Positions 39,951 through 49,805 of a DNA stretch of 62,906 nucleotides are shown piece by piece. Position numbers and translations under genes: made by a program. The notes under the pieces were generated by a model. It made no database searches. It saw nothing but the letters and a program-made list of their open reading frames with translations, and was not told the origin of the DNA. Numbering within the stretch: position 1 is the stretch's first letter; every line of letters begins with the position of its first letter. This stretch comes from Desulfobulbaceae bacterium UBA5121 (GTDB lineage Bacteria > Desulfobacterota > Desulfobulbia > Desulfobulbales > UBA5123). The stretch covers positions 634 to 63,539 of the forward strand of contig DHYV01000048.1 in assembly GCA_002414225.1 (NCBI GenBank), given 5' to 3'.

Positions 39951-41054
39951 TTACGCGCCATACTGCTCACGCAGCCATTGCCGATAACTGCCGTCCATCA
40001 CCGCCCGCCACCACGGCTCATGGCTCAGATACCACTCTACCGTCTTGGCGATACCCGAGGCAAAGGACTCCTGGGGCTGGTAACCGAGTTCCTCCCGGCT
40101 CCTGGTCGGGTCGATGGCGTAGCGCCGGTCGTGGCCGGCCCGGTCCTTGACAAAGGTGATCAGGCTTTCGGCGCTCCCCCCCCGGCTCGGCGGGGCGGCG
40201 GGAAACCGGGCCGCCAGGGTCGGGTCGTCGGCGAGCAGGGCGTCTACGATGCCGCAGAGGTAGCGAACGATATCGATATTGGTCCACTCGTTGTTGCCGC
40301 CGATGTTGTAAACCCCGCCCGCCCGACCCTGTTGCAGAATCAGTTCGATGCCGCGGCAGTGATCCTCCACATAGAGCCAGTCACGGATGTTCCGTCCGTC
40401 ACCGTAGATGGGAAGGGGCCTGCCGTGGAGAATGTTGATCAGCACCAGGGGGATCAACTTCTCGGGAAACTGATACGGGCCGTAGTTGTTGGAGCAGTTG
40501 CTGGTGGTAACCGAAAGGCCGTAGGTGTGGTGGTAGGCCCGCACCAAATGGTCTGAAGCGGCCTTGCTCGCCGAGTAAGGGGAATTGGGCGCATAGGGAG
40601 TAGTTTCGGTGAACGGCGGATCGTCCGGGCCAAGGGAACCGTAAACCTCGTCCGTGGAGACGTGATGAAACCGGTGCGGCCGGCCGGCGAGCGGGCCTTC
40701 GAGCCACACGCCGCGTGCCGCCTTGAGCAGCGCGTGGGTGCCCACCACATTGGTGGTGACAAAGGGGTCGGGGCCGGCAATGGAACGGTCGACATGGGAC
40801 TCGGCGGCGAAGTTGACGACGGTGTCGAGCGCCTCCTCAACGAGCAGCCGCTCCACCAGCGCCTGGTCGCCGATATCGCCCTTGACAAAGCGGTACAGGG
40901 GGTTGCCTTCGGCAGGCGTAAGACTCGCCAGGTTGCCGGCATAGGTGAGGGCGTCGAGCACCACCAGCCGGTCGGCCGGATGCTCCTTGAGCCAGTAGTG
41001 GACAAAGTTGGCGCCGATGAAGCCGGCGCCGCCGGTCACCAACAGTCTAGGCAT
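39951..41054 (-). CDS. rmlB: dTDP-glucose 4,6-dehydratase
   Basis: TGGAGFIG, LTYAGNL, AAESHVDRSI, STDEVYG, YSASK. Confidence 0.97.
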   Translation of the reverse strand: MPRLLVTGGAGFIGANFVHYWLKEHPADRLVVLDALTYAGNLASLTPAEGNPLYRFVKGDIGDQALVERLLVEEALDTVVNFAAESHVDRSIAGPDPFVTTNVVGTHALLKAARGVWLEGPLAGRPHRFHHVSTDEVYGSLGPDDPPFTETTPYAPNSPYSASKAASDHLVRAYHHTYGLSVTTSNCSNNYGPYQFPEKLIPLVLINILHGRPLPIYGDGRNIRDWLYVEDHCRGIELILQQGRAGGVYNIGGNNEWTNIDIVRYLCGIVDALLADDPTLAARFPAAPPSRGGSAESLITFVKDRAGHDRRYAIDPTRSREELGYQPQESFASGIAKTVEWYLSHEPWWRAVMDGSYRQWLREQYGA

Positions 41055-41922
41055 GGTCGAGTTCTCGCAGTTCGTTGAGCATCCGGCGCAGCTGGACCCG
41101 CCAGTGGGGAGCGGCCTCGCCCAGCAGCCGCCAGGTGCCGGACTTGTCTAGGACGCTGTAAGAGGGGCGCCTCGCCGGAGTGGGGTACTCCTCGGTGGTG
41201 ATCGGTGTCACCGGCACGGCGCGGGACAAGAGGCCCAGGACGAGGGCCTCCTCCTGGATGGCCACCGCGAAGTCGTACCAGGAGGCCACCCCGGCGTCAC
41301 TCCAATGGAAGATGCCGCCGGCCTCGGTGGCAGCCAGGCGCCAGATCGCCTGCGCCAAACCGCCGGTCCAGGTAGGACTCCCCACCTGATCGGCCACCAC
41401 CCGAACGTGGTTCCGCTCGGCCATCAGCCGCAGCATGGTTTTGACGAAGTTATGGCCATGGGCGCCGTAGAGCCAGGAGGTCCGGAGGATGAGGGCGGCC
41501 GGGCCGCAGAATGCCTGGGCCAGCCGCTCGCCTTCCAGCTTGCTCGCCCCGTAGACGCCGACCGGGTTGGTCCGGTCGCGGGGGCCATAGGGATGCGACT
41601 GCCGGCCATCAAAAACAAAATCCGTGGAGATGTGAATGAGGCGCGCCCCCTGCTCCCTGGCCGCCTCGGCCAGATGGGCGACCCCGTGGCCGTTCACCGC
41701 ATACGCCGCATCCGGCTCGCTTTCGGCCCGGTCGACGGCGGTGTAGGCGGCGGCGTTGACGATCACCTGCGGGGCACACGCGGCCACCGTCTGCAGCACC
41801 GACTCCCGATCCCGGATATCCAGCTCGTTGCGCCCCAAGGCGCTTACCTGCCAGCCATCGGGGGCGGAACGCCCCAGTTCGCGGCCGAGCTGACCACTGC
41901 CGCCGGCGATGAGCACCCTCAT
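41047..41922 (-). CDS. rmlD: dTDP-4-dehydrorhamnose reductase
   Basis: GGSGQLG, NAAAYTAVD, STDFVFDG, YGASKLEGE. Confidence 0.97.
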   Translation of the reverse strand: MRVLIAGGSGQLGRELGRSAPDGWQVSALGRNELDIRDRESVLQTVAACAPQVIVNAAAYTAVDRAESEPDAAYAVNGHGVAHLAEAAREQGARLIHISTDFVFDGRQSHPYGPRDRTNPVGVYGASKLEGERLAQAFCGPAALILRTSWLYGAHGHNFVKTMLRLMAERNHVRVVADQVGSPTWTGGLAQAIWRLAATEAGGIFHWSDAGVASWYDFAVAIQEEALVLGLLSRAVPVTPITTEEYPTPARRPSYSVLDKSGTWRLLGEAAPHWRVQLRRMLNELRELDHA

Positions 41923-42467
41923 GGATAACACTCCGCGTCGCCCAGCGCGACCCCGGCCAAATCCTTGGCCGACAGCAACGGCTCCACCCCGACGGCGAGC
42001 GGCCAGGCGACGGCCAACGCGGGGTCGTCCCAGCGAATGGAGCGTTCATGGGCCGGAGCATAGTAGTCGGTACATTTGTAAAGGAACTCGGCGGTGTCGC
42101 TCAGCACGTAGAAACCGTGGGCAAAGCCCGGCGGCACCCAGAGCATTCTTTTATTTGCCGCCGAGAGGATCTCCCCAACCCACTGGCCGAAGGTTGGCGA
42201 ACTCCGGCGCAGATCCACCGCCACGTCAAAGACCTCTCCCTGGATAACCCGGGCGAGCTTGCCCTGGGGCTGTCGGATCTGGTAGTGGAGACCACGCAGT
42301 ACCCCCCGGCCCGACCGGCTGTGGTTGTCCTGCACAAAGGCGGCGTCAATGCCGTTGGCGGCAAAGACGTCGCTGCGCCAGGTCTCCATGAAAAATCCCC
42401 GGTCGTCGCCAAACACCTTGGGCTCGATGACCACGACGTCCTGAATCCGGGTGGACAGAAATTTCAT
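41919..42467 (-). CDS. rmlC: dTDP-4-dehydrorhamnose 3,5-epimerase
   Basis: DDRGFF, QDNHS, LRGLHYQ, GFAHGF. Confidence 0.97.
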   Translation of the reverse strand: MKFLSTRIQDVVVIEPKVFGDDRGFFMETWRSDVFAANGIDAAFVQDNHSRSGRGVLRGLHYQIRQPQGKLARVIQGEVFDVAVDLRRSSPTFGQWVGEILSAANKRMLWVPPGFAHGFYVLSDTAEFLYKCTDYYAPAHERSIRWDDPALAVAWPLAVGVEPLLSAKDLAGVALGDAECYP

Positions 42468-43339
42468 TGCTGCCTCTCAGCCAGCATCCGCAGCAGGTAC
42501 TGGCCATAACCGTTCTTCTTCAGCGGCTCCGCCAGCCGGGACACCTGTTCGGCGTCAATGTAGCCCCGCAAATAGGCGATCTCCTCCAGGCAGGCTATCT
42601 TGAGGCCCTGGCGGTCCTCCATCACCTTGATGAAATTGGCGGCGTCGAGCAGGGAGGCGTGGGTGCCGGTGTCGAGCCAGGCCATGCCCCGCCCCAGGAG
42701 TTCCACGTGCAGATCTCCGCGGCTGCGGTAGGCGTTGTTGACATCGGTGATCTCCAGCTCTCCACGCCCCGACGGCCTGATCCGCTTGGCGATCGCCACC
42801 ACGTCCTGGTCGTAAAAGTAGAGACCGCTCACCGCGTAGTTGGATTTGGGATGCGCCGGTTTCTCCTCGATATCAAGAACCCGCCCCTCCCGGTCAAAGC
42901 TGACCACGCCGTAGCGCTGGGGATCCCGGACATAGTAGCCAAACACCGTGGCGCCGCGCTCCCGGCCGGCCACCTCGCGGAGCACCTTGCCAAGGCCGCT
43001 GCCATAGAAGATGTTGTCGCCGAGGATCAGGGCCACCGGTGCCCCGCCGATGAACGCTTCGCCGATCAGAAAGGCTTGGGCGATCCCCTCGGGCTTGGGC
43101 TGCACCGCAAAGGAAAGCGAAAGCCCCCACTGGGAGCCGTCGCCGAGCAGCTGCATGAACTGGCCCTGGTCTTCAGGGGTGGTGATGATCAGGATCTCCC
43201 GTATCCCCGCCTGCATCAGGGTGGCGATGGGGTAGTAGATCATCGGTTTGTCGTAGACCGGCATCAACTGCTTGCTCACCGATTTGGTGAGGGGATAGAG
43301 ACGGGTGCCGGAGCCACCGGCGAGGATGATTCCCTTCAT
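42464..43339 (-). CDS. rmlA: Glucose-1-phosphate thymidylyltransferase
   Basis: [38 protein letters not shown]. Confidence 0.97.
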   Translation of the reverse strand: MKGIILAGGSGTRLYPLTKSVSKQLMPVYDKPMIYYPIATLMQAGIREILIITTPEDQGQFMQLLGDGSQWGLSLSFAVQPKPEGIAQAFLIGEAFIGGAPVALILGDNIFYGSGLGKVLREVAGRERGATVFGYYVRDPQRYGVVSFDREGRVLDIEEKPAHPKSNYAVSGLYFYDQDVVAIAKRIRPSGRGELEITDVNNAYRSRGDLHVELLGRGMAWLDTGTHASLLDAANFIKVMEDRQGLKIACLEEIAYLRGYIDAEQVSRLAEPLKKNGYGQYLLRMLAERQQ

Positions 43340-44224
43340 AAGAACAGTCGTTGTACTCTCTCGTTGGCAGCAGGCCAAAATCGATCAGAAACCCGGCAAG
43401 GGTATGCCAGCCCCCTGGCATCTCCGCCCTCTCCGGGACATCGCAAGGAAATTTCTCTTCATGAACCTGCCAAATAATCCGCGAGATTATAGTCGATGAT
43501 AAGCCGCTGGCAAAGTGCTTTCCTGAGCCGGCGCCCAAACAACCGCGGGAGTCGGACCGGTGGCGGGAGAGCGCGGCTGCCGCCAGGACGCTCGCCAAAG
43601 GATTCCACCATCGGATTGATCTCGCCTGAACTCAATTATTGCCACCTCTGCCGCGAGTCCGTGGTTTGCGTTAATGGTCCGTCGGGCAAAGCCTGCTCAG
43701 GCTGAATGTCAACCACAGGCAGGAGCGAGGGAAAAAAACGGCGACCTTGGCCCACCCGTCCGTTTTTTTGTACTATACCGGGACGCTGGTGGGACAAAAA
43801 ATGCCTCAAACAGGTTTGAGAACTCAAAGATGGGCCATTCCAAGGCATCAGCCATCCCTTTTGGAGTACCGTCCCCAACGCGTCACCCGCCCCAAGTCAG
43901 GCCGCGACAGTAGGCTTGGCACACCGCATTGTAAAACTCCCCCATAGCCAAATCCAAGCTGACGCGCCGTATGCGACACTGCGGCGACGATACCGATGCG
44001 TGCCTTTGCCATGCCCCCCTGATTGCTCAGTAAGTTTGAGCACCGGAGACTTTCTTCTGCTACTCTGTGTAAGTGCGGTCGTCCGCTTTCTCCTTGTTGA
44101 TTGAAATTTTGCGATTCCAACCTGCCCGGGAACCGGGTGGCCGCATTTTCTGACCAACCGCCAAAATTTCGGCACTGGCGGAAATTGCTCAACACGTCAT
44201 CCCTCTTAATGATCAAAATCCTCT

Positions 44225-47200
44225 ATGACTACGAACAAAGGCGACACCGACCTGACGGCGCAAGACAACTTCGTTTCGGCTTTCCGGCGCGCACTCCTCC
44301 TGAAATCCGCCATTGGCCTCCTCACTATCAGCATTATTCTTGTTCTTACCTGCATTCTCCCCCTGAGCTACAAGCTCAAAAACGAACAGGTAAATCGTTT
44401 ACTCTCGGTGGCCGAATCGCGCAAAGCGACGGTTGAACTCTTTCTTGAAAAGGCCATCGAAACCGCAAAACAGATCACCAGTCGCACCCAGGTCCGGCGG
44501 ATGCTGGAAAAATATAACCGCCAGGAGGTGAGCTTGGCGGAACTGGCGGATTTCACGCGGCCCAAACTTAACGACGCCATCTCATTGTCTGGGAACGCGG
44601 TCGGGGTCAGCCGTTTTGACGCCCAGCACACCCTGGTCGTCGCGACAGGAATCCCAGTCCCGCCAACGCTCTGGTGCTTTCCCACCGATCAGCAGGATTT
44701 CCTCATTCGGGGACTCGAAAAGATTGACGGCAAGCTCTATCTCATCGTCAGCGCCCCCATCCTGACCAGCGACAAGCAGCGGGTTGGCACCGACATCATT
44801 CTGTTCGCCCCTGAAAAGATCGCAGAAATCATCAATGATACCGAGGGGTACGGGAAAACGGGAGAAATGGTCCTGGGGCGCCTTGCGCAAGGAGAGGCGG
44901 AAAGTTATTTCCGTGGCGGAGAACGCAATCATCCTGCAAGGGAAACCGCGGCGTCCAGACAAAAGGAACTCACAAGGGCTTTTGCCACCGTTGCCAAGGC
45001 CGACGAGAAAACCCTGCCATGGCTGTTCCATGAAGGCATCACCCTGAAAGTCGGAGATCGAATAAAGTACACGAACTGGGTCATTCTCTGCTGCATCGAC
45101 AAGCATGAGCTCTACGCTCCGGTCAACACCATTATTTTATATCTTGTTTTTTGTATAACAATTTTGCTGCTTGTTGGCATGGGCGGCATGAAGCACTTGC
45201 TTCTTCCGTTGGCAGACAAGGCCATCATCCATACTGAAAAGCTCCAGCAAGAAATTCATGAGAAAGAAGAGGCATTGAATCGAAGCAGGCAAGCTGAAAA
45301 TGCCTTAATAGAAAAAGAAAAAAAATATAGAACGCTAATTGACCAGGCAACGGACGCAATCTATGTAACTGACATGAAGGCAAATTTTATTGATGTAAAC
45401 AAGAGGGCCTGCGAATCCCTCAACTATAGCAGGAAAGAATTGTTGACCCTCACCATATCCGACGTTGATCCGAATTTCAAAACCGCTGATCACGCCCAGA
45501 AGGTATGGGATAAACTCCTTGACGGGAAAACCATCAAGCTTGAGAGCAGCCATCAGCGCAAAGACGGCTCATCGTTTCCCGTGGAAATCCATATCGGCAA
45601 ACTGGAGATAAATGGCCAGCCTGCCATCCTCGGTATTGCCCGCGACATCAGCGATCGCAAACTTGCCGCAGAAAAAATCAAGAAGCACCAACAGTTTCTG
45701 CAAAACGTCCTCAATGCTCTCAGCCACCCTTTTTGTGTCATCGACGCCGGCGACTACACCGTCAAACTGGCCAATAAAGCTTTTAATTTCGATGAAGATC
45801 ATAAAAAAACAAAGTGTTATCAGATCACCCATGGGCGGAGCGAACCCTGTTGCAGCGATACCCATCCCTGCCCCCTCGATCTGGTCAAAAAAACGAAACA
45901 GCCTGTGGTAGTTGAACATCTTCATATCGATCAGGCAGGGACGGAACAACCAGTCGAGGTTCACGCCTATCCCGTTTTTGACGCCGACAACAATCTTACA
46001 CAGATTATTGAATACTGCTTGGATATCAGCGAACGCAAGCGGGTGGAGGAGGAACGCCGCCGACTGGTGACCGCCATCGAGCAAGGGGCGGATTGCATCG
46101 TTATTACCGACGAAAAGGGAACGATCCAGTATGTGAATCCCAGTTTTGAACAGCACACCGGCTACAGCCGAGAGGAGGTAATCGGCAAGAATCCGAGAAT
46201 TTTGCAAAGCGGCATACATCCGGCGGCGTTTTACCGCGGGATGTGGGAGACGTTGACCAGGGGCAAGGCATGGCAGGGACACCTGATCAACAAGAAAAAG
46301 GACGGCTCCCTGTTTGAGGAGGAAGCTTCGATCACGCCGGTTATGGATGCGGCCGGCAAAATTATCAACTATGTGGCGGTAAAGCGTGACGTCACCGACC
46401 AGATCAAAATTGAACAGCAACTCAGACAGGCTCAAAAGATGGAGGCCATGGGCACATTGGCAGGCGGCATTGCCCACGACTTCAACAACCTTCTGGCCCC
46501 GATTCTCGGCTACTCGGAACTGGCCCTGTCCAGGCTATCCCCAGGCGACCCTCTGATTTCCAATCTACAGCAGATTACCAGAGCAGCGGAACGGGCCCGG
46601 GATCTGGTGCAGCAGATCCTGGCCTTCAGCCGCAAAGCTCCCGCTGAGATAAAACCGTTCCAACCGCATCTGGTAGTCAAAGAGGTACTCAAGCTGTTAC
46701 GGGCCTCCCTGCCCTCGACCATCGCAATCAAGACCAACATCCCTTCGGACTGTGGCGCTATCCTGGCCGACCCCACCCAGGTACACCAGATCATCATGAA
46801 TCTCTGCACCAACGCCTACCATGCGATGCGGGAAACCGGCGGCGTGCTGGGGGTACGCCTGAAAAAAGTTACCGTCAAGGCGGGCGACAGGGAGTCCGAT
46901 CTTGAGGTCGCGCCGGGCGATTACGTGTTGTTTGAGGTCAGCGACACCGGCTGCGGGATAGACCCCGGAACAGCACCCCGCATCTTCGAGCCTTATTTTA
47001 CCACCAAGAACAAAGGGGAAGGCACGGGCCTGGGGCTTTCCGTGGTCCACGGCATCGTCGAAAGCCATCAAGGGCATATTGCGGTGTCCAGCGAACCGGG
47101 CAAGGGGACGCGCTTTCGCGTCTATCTGCCGAGGATTGTGGAAACGCTCGCCGTTGACGAGAACGCCAACCAGGAGCCCATTCCCACCGGCACGGAACAT

Positions 47201-47554
47201 GTACTGGTGGTGGACGATGAAGACATGGTTTCCACCTTGCTCCAGCGGATGCTGGAGGAACTCGGCTACCGGGTGAGCCGTTTTGACAACAGCCTGCGAG
47301 CCCTCACCTTTATTAAACAGGACACCACGGCCTTCGATGTGCTCATTACGGACATGACCATGCCGAACCTGACCGGCCTGGAGCTGGCGCAAAAGGCCCT
47401 GGCCATCCGGCAGAACCTGCCGGTTATTCTCTGCACTGGGTACAGCGAGCTGATCAGCAAAGAGCAGGCCCAAGCCGCTGGTATCCGGGGGTACCTGATG
47501 AAGCCGGTAGCGATGCGGGAACTGGGCAAGTTGATACGGAAGGTGCTGGCCTGA
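44225..47554 (+). CDS. Hybrid sensor kinase: Cache-like periplasmic domain, 3 PAS, HisKA, HATPase, REC
   Basis: Two TMs, PAS-PAC repeats, [19 protein letters not shown]. Confidence 0.92.
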   Translation: MTTNKGDTDLTAQDNFVSAFRRALLLKSAIGLLTISIILVLTCILPLSYKLKNEQVNRLLSVAESRKATVELFLEKAIETAKQITSRTQVRRMLEKYNRQEVSLAELADFTRPKLNDAISLSGNAVGVSRFDAQHTLVVATGIPVPPTLWCFPTDQQDFLIRGLEKIDGKLYLIVSAPILTSDKQRVGTDIILFAPEKIAEIINDTEGYGKTGEMVLGRLAQGEAESYFRGGERNHPARETAASRQKELTRAFATVAKADEKTLPWLFHEGITLKVGDRIKYTNWVILCCIDKHELYAPVNTIILYLVFCITILLLVGMGGMKHLLLPLADKAIIHTEKLQQEIHEKEEALNRSRQAENALIEKEKKYRTLIDQATDAIYVTDMKANFIDVNKRACESLNYSRKELLTLTISDVDPNFKTADHAQKVWDKLLDGKTIKLESSHQRKDGSSFPVEIHIGKLEINGQPAILGIARDISDRKLAAEKIKKHQQFLQNVLNALSHPFCVIDAGDYTVKLANKAFNFDEDHKKTKCYQITHGRSEPCCSDTHPCPLDLVKKTKQPVVVEHLHIDQAGTEQPVEVHAYPVFDADNNLTQIIEYCLDISERKRVEEERRRLVTAIEQGADCIVITDEKGTIQYVNPSFEQHTGYSREEVIGKNPRILQSGIHPAAFYRGMWETLTRGKAWQGHLINKKKDGSLFEEEASITPVMDAAGKIINYVAVKRDVTDQIKIEQQLRQAQKMEAMGTLAGGIAHDFNNLLAPILGYSELALSRLSPGDPLISNLQQITRAAERARDLVQQILAFSRKAPAEIKPFQPHLVVKEVLKLLRASLPSTIAIKTNIPSDCGAILADPTQVHQIIMNLCTNAYHAMRETGGVLGVRLKKVTVKAGDRESDLEVAPGDYVLFEVSDTGCGIDPGTAPRIFEPYFTTKNKGEGTGLGLSVVHGIVESHQGHIAVSSEPGKGTRFRVYLPRIVETLAVDENANQEPIPTGTEHVLVVDDEDMVSTLLQRMLEELGYRVSRFDNSLRALTFIKQDTTAFDVLITDMTMPNLTGLELAQKALAIRQNLPVILCTGYSELISKEQAQAAGIRGYLMKPVAMRELGKLIRKVLA

Positions 47555-48019
47555 ACGCCTGATGTCCATAGGCAAGAGCCCCTCCCCAACTCCGCGGGCT
47601 GTTCATTGCCACTCGCGGCGCCGCCGATCGAAATCCGCCGCTGGTCGGCGCATCGTCGTCGCGACGGTCGCCCTTTTGAACCATTTCCCTCAACGGGCCA
47701 AGCAATGCGAGAATTTGGCGTACAGCGCCGCGAGCAGCACCGGCTGCCCTGATCATGAGGATGGATTGGTCGTTTTCCAAGGCGCCGGCCGACGCCGCCA
47801 TCGGCAACGCGGTGCGACTCGTCTGCGCCGCCGCCCGACTCTCGCTTTTCGACACCGCGGGCAAGGCTCCGTGAGTGTCCATGCCTTTTGCGCCCTTGAC
47901 GCAGCGGGTCGTGAAATGGTACCAAACAAACGGAACTCCATCCCATCCGCCAGGCAGGCCGGCCCGGCCGGCGACGGCCTGCCTTCCCCAAATTTCATTG
48001 GCCACAAAAGAGAGTTCTT

Positions 48020-48701
48020 GTGACGCGCATCCAAACCACCCTCTTCCTCACCGCCCTGTGCCTTCTTTTCTGCCTCCCCCCCCCCGCCGGTTGCCGCCCG
48101 CACCGCCTATGTGTCCGACATCATCGAGATCACCCTGCGCACCGGGCCTACCACCGACAACAAGATCATCGCCATGCTCCCATCGGACACCCAGCTCGAA
48201 ATCCTTGAGGAAGAAGAGGGCTGGAGCCGGGTACGCACCGCCGGCGGCAAGGAGGGGTGGACACTGAGCCGTTACCTCACCGACCAGCAGCCCAAGACCC
48301 TGGCCATCGCCGACCTCAAGGAAAAGCTCACCACCCTCTCCCAGGCATGCCAGGAACCAGGCGAAACCATCACCCGCCTGCAGGCGGAGAACGACACCCT
48401 GGGCAAATCACTGGCGAGCACCCGTGACGAACAGGCCAAACTCCAACGCCAGTACGCCGACCTGCGCCACAACGCCGCCAATGTGCTGGCGATTCGCGAC
48501 GAACTCCACTCCGCCACCGAACGGCTCAAAAGCACCACTGCCGAACTTGCGCAGGTGACGGACGAAAACCGCTCCCTGCGGACGTCCGCCAAGCTGCGCT
48601 GGTTTCTGGCCGGGGCCGGCGTGGTACTCTTCTCCTGGCTCTTCGGTTACCTGATGGGCAACAGACAGAAACGCCAGAAGCGGCAATCCCTGACCCTGTA
48701 G
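48020..48701 (+). pseudogene. SH3-domain protein (TIGR04211/YgiM-like) split by a frameshift in a C10 tract
   Basis: Signal peptide from GTG 48020 is one base out of frame with YVSDIIEITLRTGP..GWSRV..EGW SH3, coiled coil and WFLAGAGV anchor; C10 at 48076-48085. Confidence 0.8.
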
Positions 48702-48729
48702 CTCGGACGCCTGAAAGAAAGCGGCGGCG

Positions 48730-48789
48730 AAAAAAAACGGCCGACAGCTTCCCCCCTGGCGGAAATGGGGGGGGGCTGTCGGCCGTTTT
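48730..48789. terminator. Bidirectional intrinsic terminator between convergent genes
   Basis: A-run-CGGCCGACAGC..CCCCCC..GGGGGG..GCTGTCGGCCG-TTTT. Confidence 0.85.
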
Positions 48790-48813
48790 CGTGGGAAACG
48801 ACAGGGACGCTGT

Positions 48814-49533
48814 TTAGCGGCGGTCGCCCATGAAGCGCAGCAGACTCAGGAAGAGGTTGACAAAGTCGAGGTAAAGGGCCAGGGCGCCCATAATCGCCCC
48901 CTTGCGAATCACCGCCTCGCCACCGCTCATGATCCCGGCGGCGCCGATCTGCTGAATTTTCTGAACATCGTAGGCGGTAAGGCCGGTGAAAACCACCACG
49001 CCGATGGCCGAAACCACCCAGGAAACCATGGAGCTGCCGACGAAAATGTTGACCACCGAGGCGATGACCATGCCGATGAGGCCCATGAAAAGAAAGGAGC
49101 CAAGACCGTTGAGATCCTTCTTGGTCACGGTGCCGTAGACGGCCATGGCCCCGAACATACCGGCGGTTACGAAGAAGGTGGTGGCCACCGAGGTGGCGGT
49201 GTACATGAGGAGAATGGCCGACAGGGTGGCGCCGTTCAACACCGAGTAGGCGACGAACAGCCCGGTGGCCGCCTGGGCGGAAAGCTTGTTGACCCGGACC
49301 GAGAGAAAGAGCACCATGCCCAGTTCGCCGAAGATCAGAGCGTAGAAGACCAGTCGGTTGCCGAAGATCAGTTGTTGAGCGGCCTGGGAGTTGGCAACCA
49401 GAAAGGCGGTGAGGCCGGTGAGGCCGAGGCCGATGGCCATCCAGTTGAAGACCTTGGCGAGGAAAAGGGTCGCGGCGTCGGCCCTGGCCCCGCCGGTCAC
49501 GGTCAGGCGTTGTTCATTGTCATAAGGGTACAT
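48814..49533 (-). CDS. Bax inhibitor-1/YccA family membrane protein
   Basis: About 7 TM; TAYDVQKI, GALALYLDFVNLFL; SD AAGGAGG. Confidence 0.93.
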   Translation of the reverse strand: MYPYDNEQRLTVTGGARADAATLFLAKVFNWMAIGLGLTGLTAFLVANSQAAQQLIFGNRLVFYALIFGELGMVLFLSVRVNKLSAQAATGLFVAYSVLNGATLSAILLMYTATSVATTFFVTAGMFGAMAVYGTVTKKDLNGLGSFLFMGLIGMVIASVVNIFVGSSMVSWVVSAIGVVVFTGLTAYDVQKIQQIGAAGIMSGGEAVIRKGAIMGALALYLDFVNLFLSLLRFMGDRR

Positions 49534-49805
49534 CTCATTCCTCCTTGAGAAAAAAATTGCTGCTGCCGTCCCATGCCAGGGGTCTGGCCCGGGACGGTAT
49601 TCCGTTGTTCTGGTGAAAGGACCACCGTTGCCACCGCTTTGTTCCCGTTTTTTCCATGGGAGAGGGGCTCTGACTTTGCCGCAGCAGCGGCGCTTATAGC
49701 AAAAGGGTCGCGGTATAGTACCGTCTCGACCGCTTTTCTGCAAGAGCGAGAGAGAGGCCACCGCAACTCACAGCACGAGACAGGCAGCGGTCGTGCCGGG
49801 GAACC

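Noticed and set aside
43395-43410. CTGGCATACCCTTGCC (minus) upstream of rmlA as a sigma54 promoter
   Set aside because: Spacing is 9 nt, not 10
43572-43584. GGCGGCAGCC (minus) as an ops/JUMPStart element before the rml operon
   Set aside because: Mismatch in the invariant GGTAG core; such GC-rich words are common here
22260-47100. Nucleotide similarity between the kinase cores at ~22260-22900 and ~46420-47100 as a repeat or mobile element
   Set aside because: Explained by ordinary paralogy of HisKA/HATPase domains
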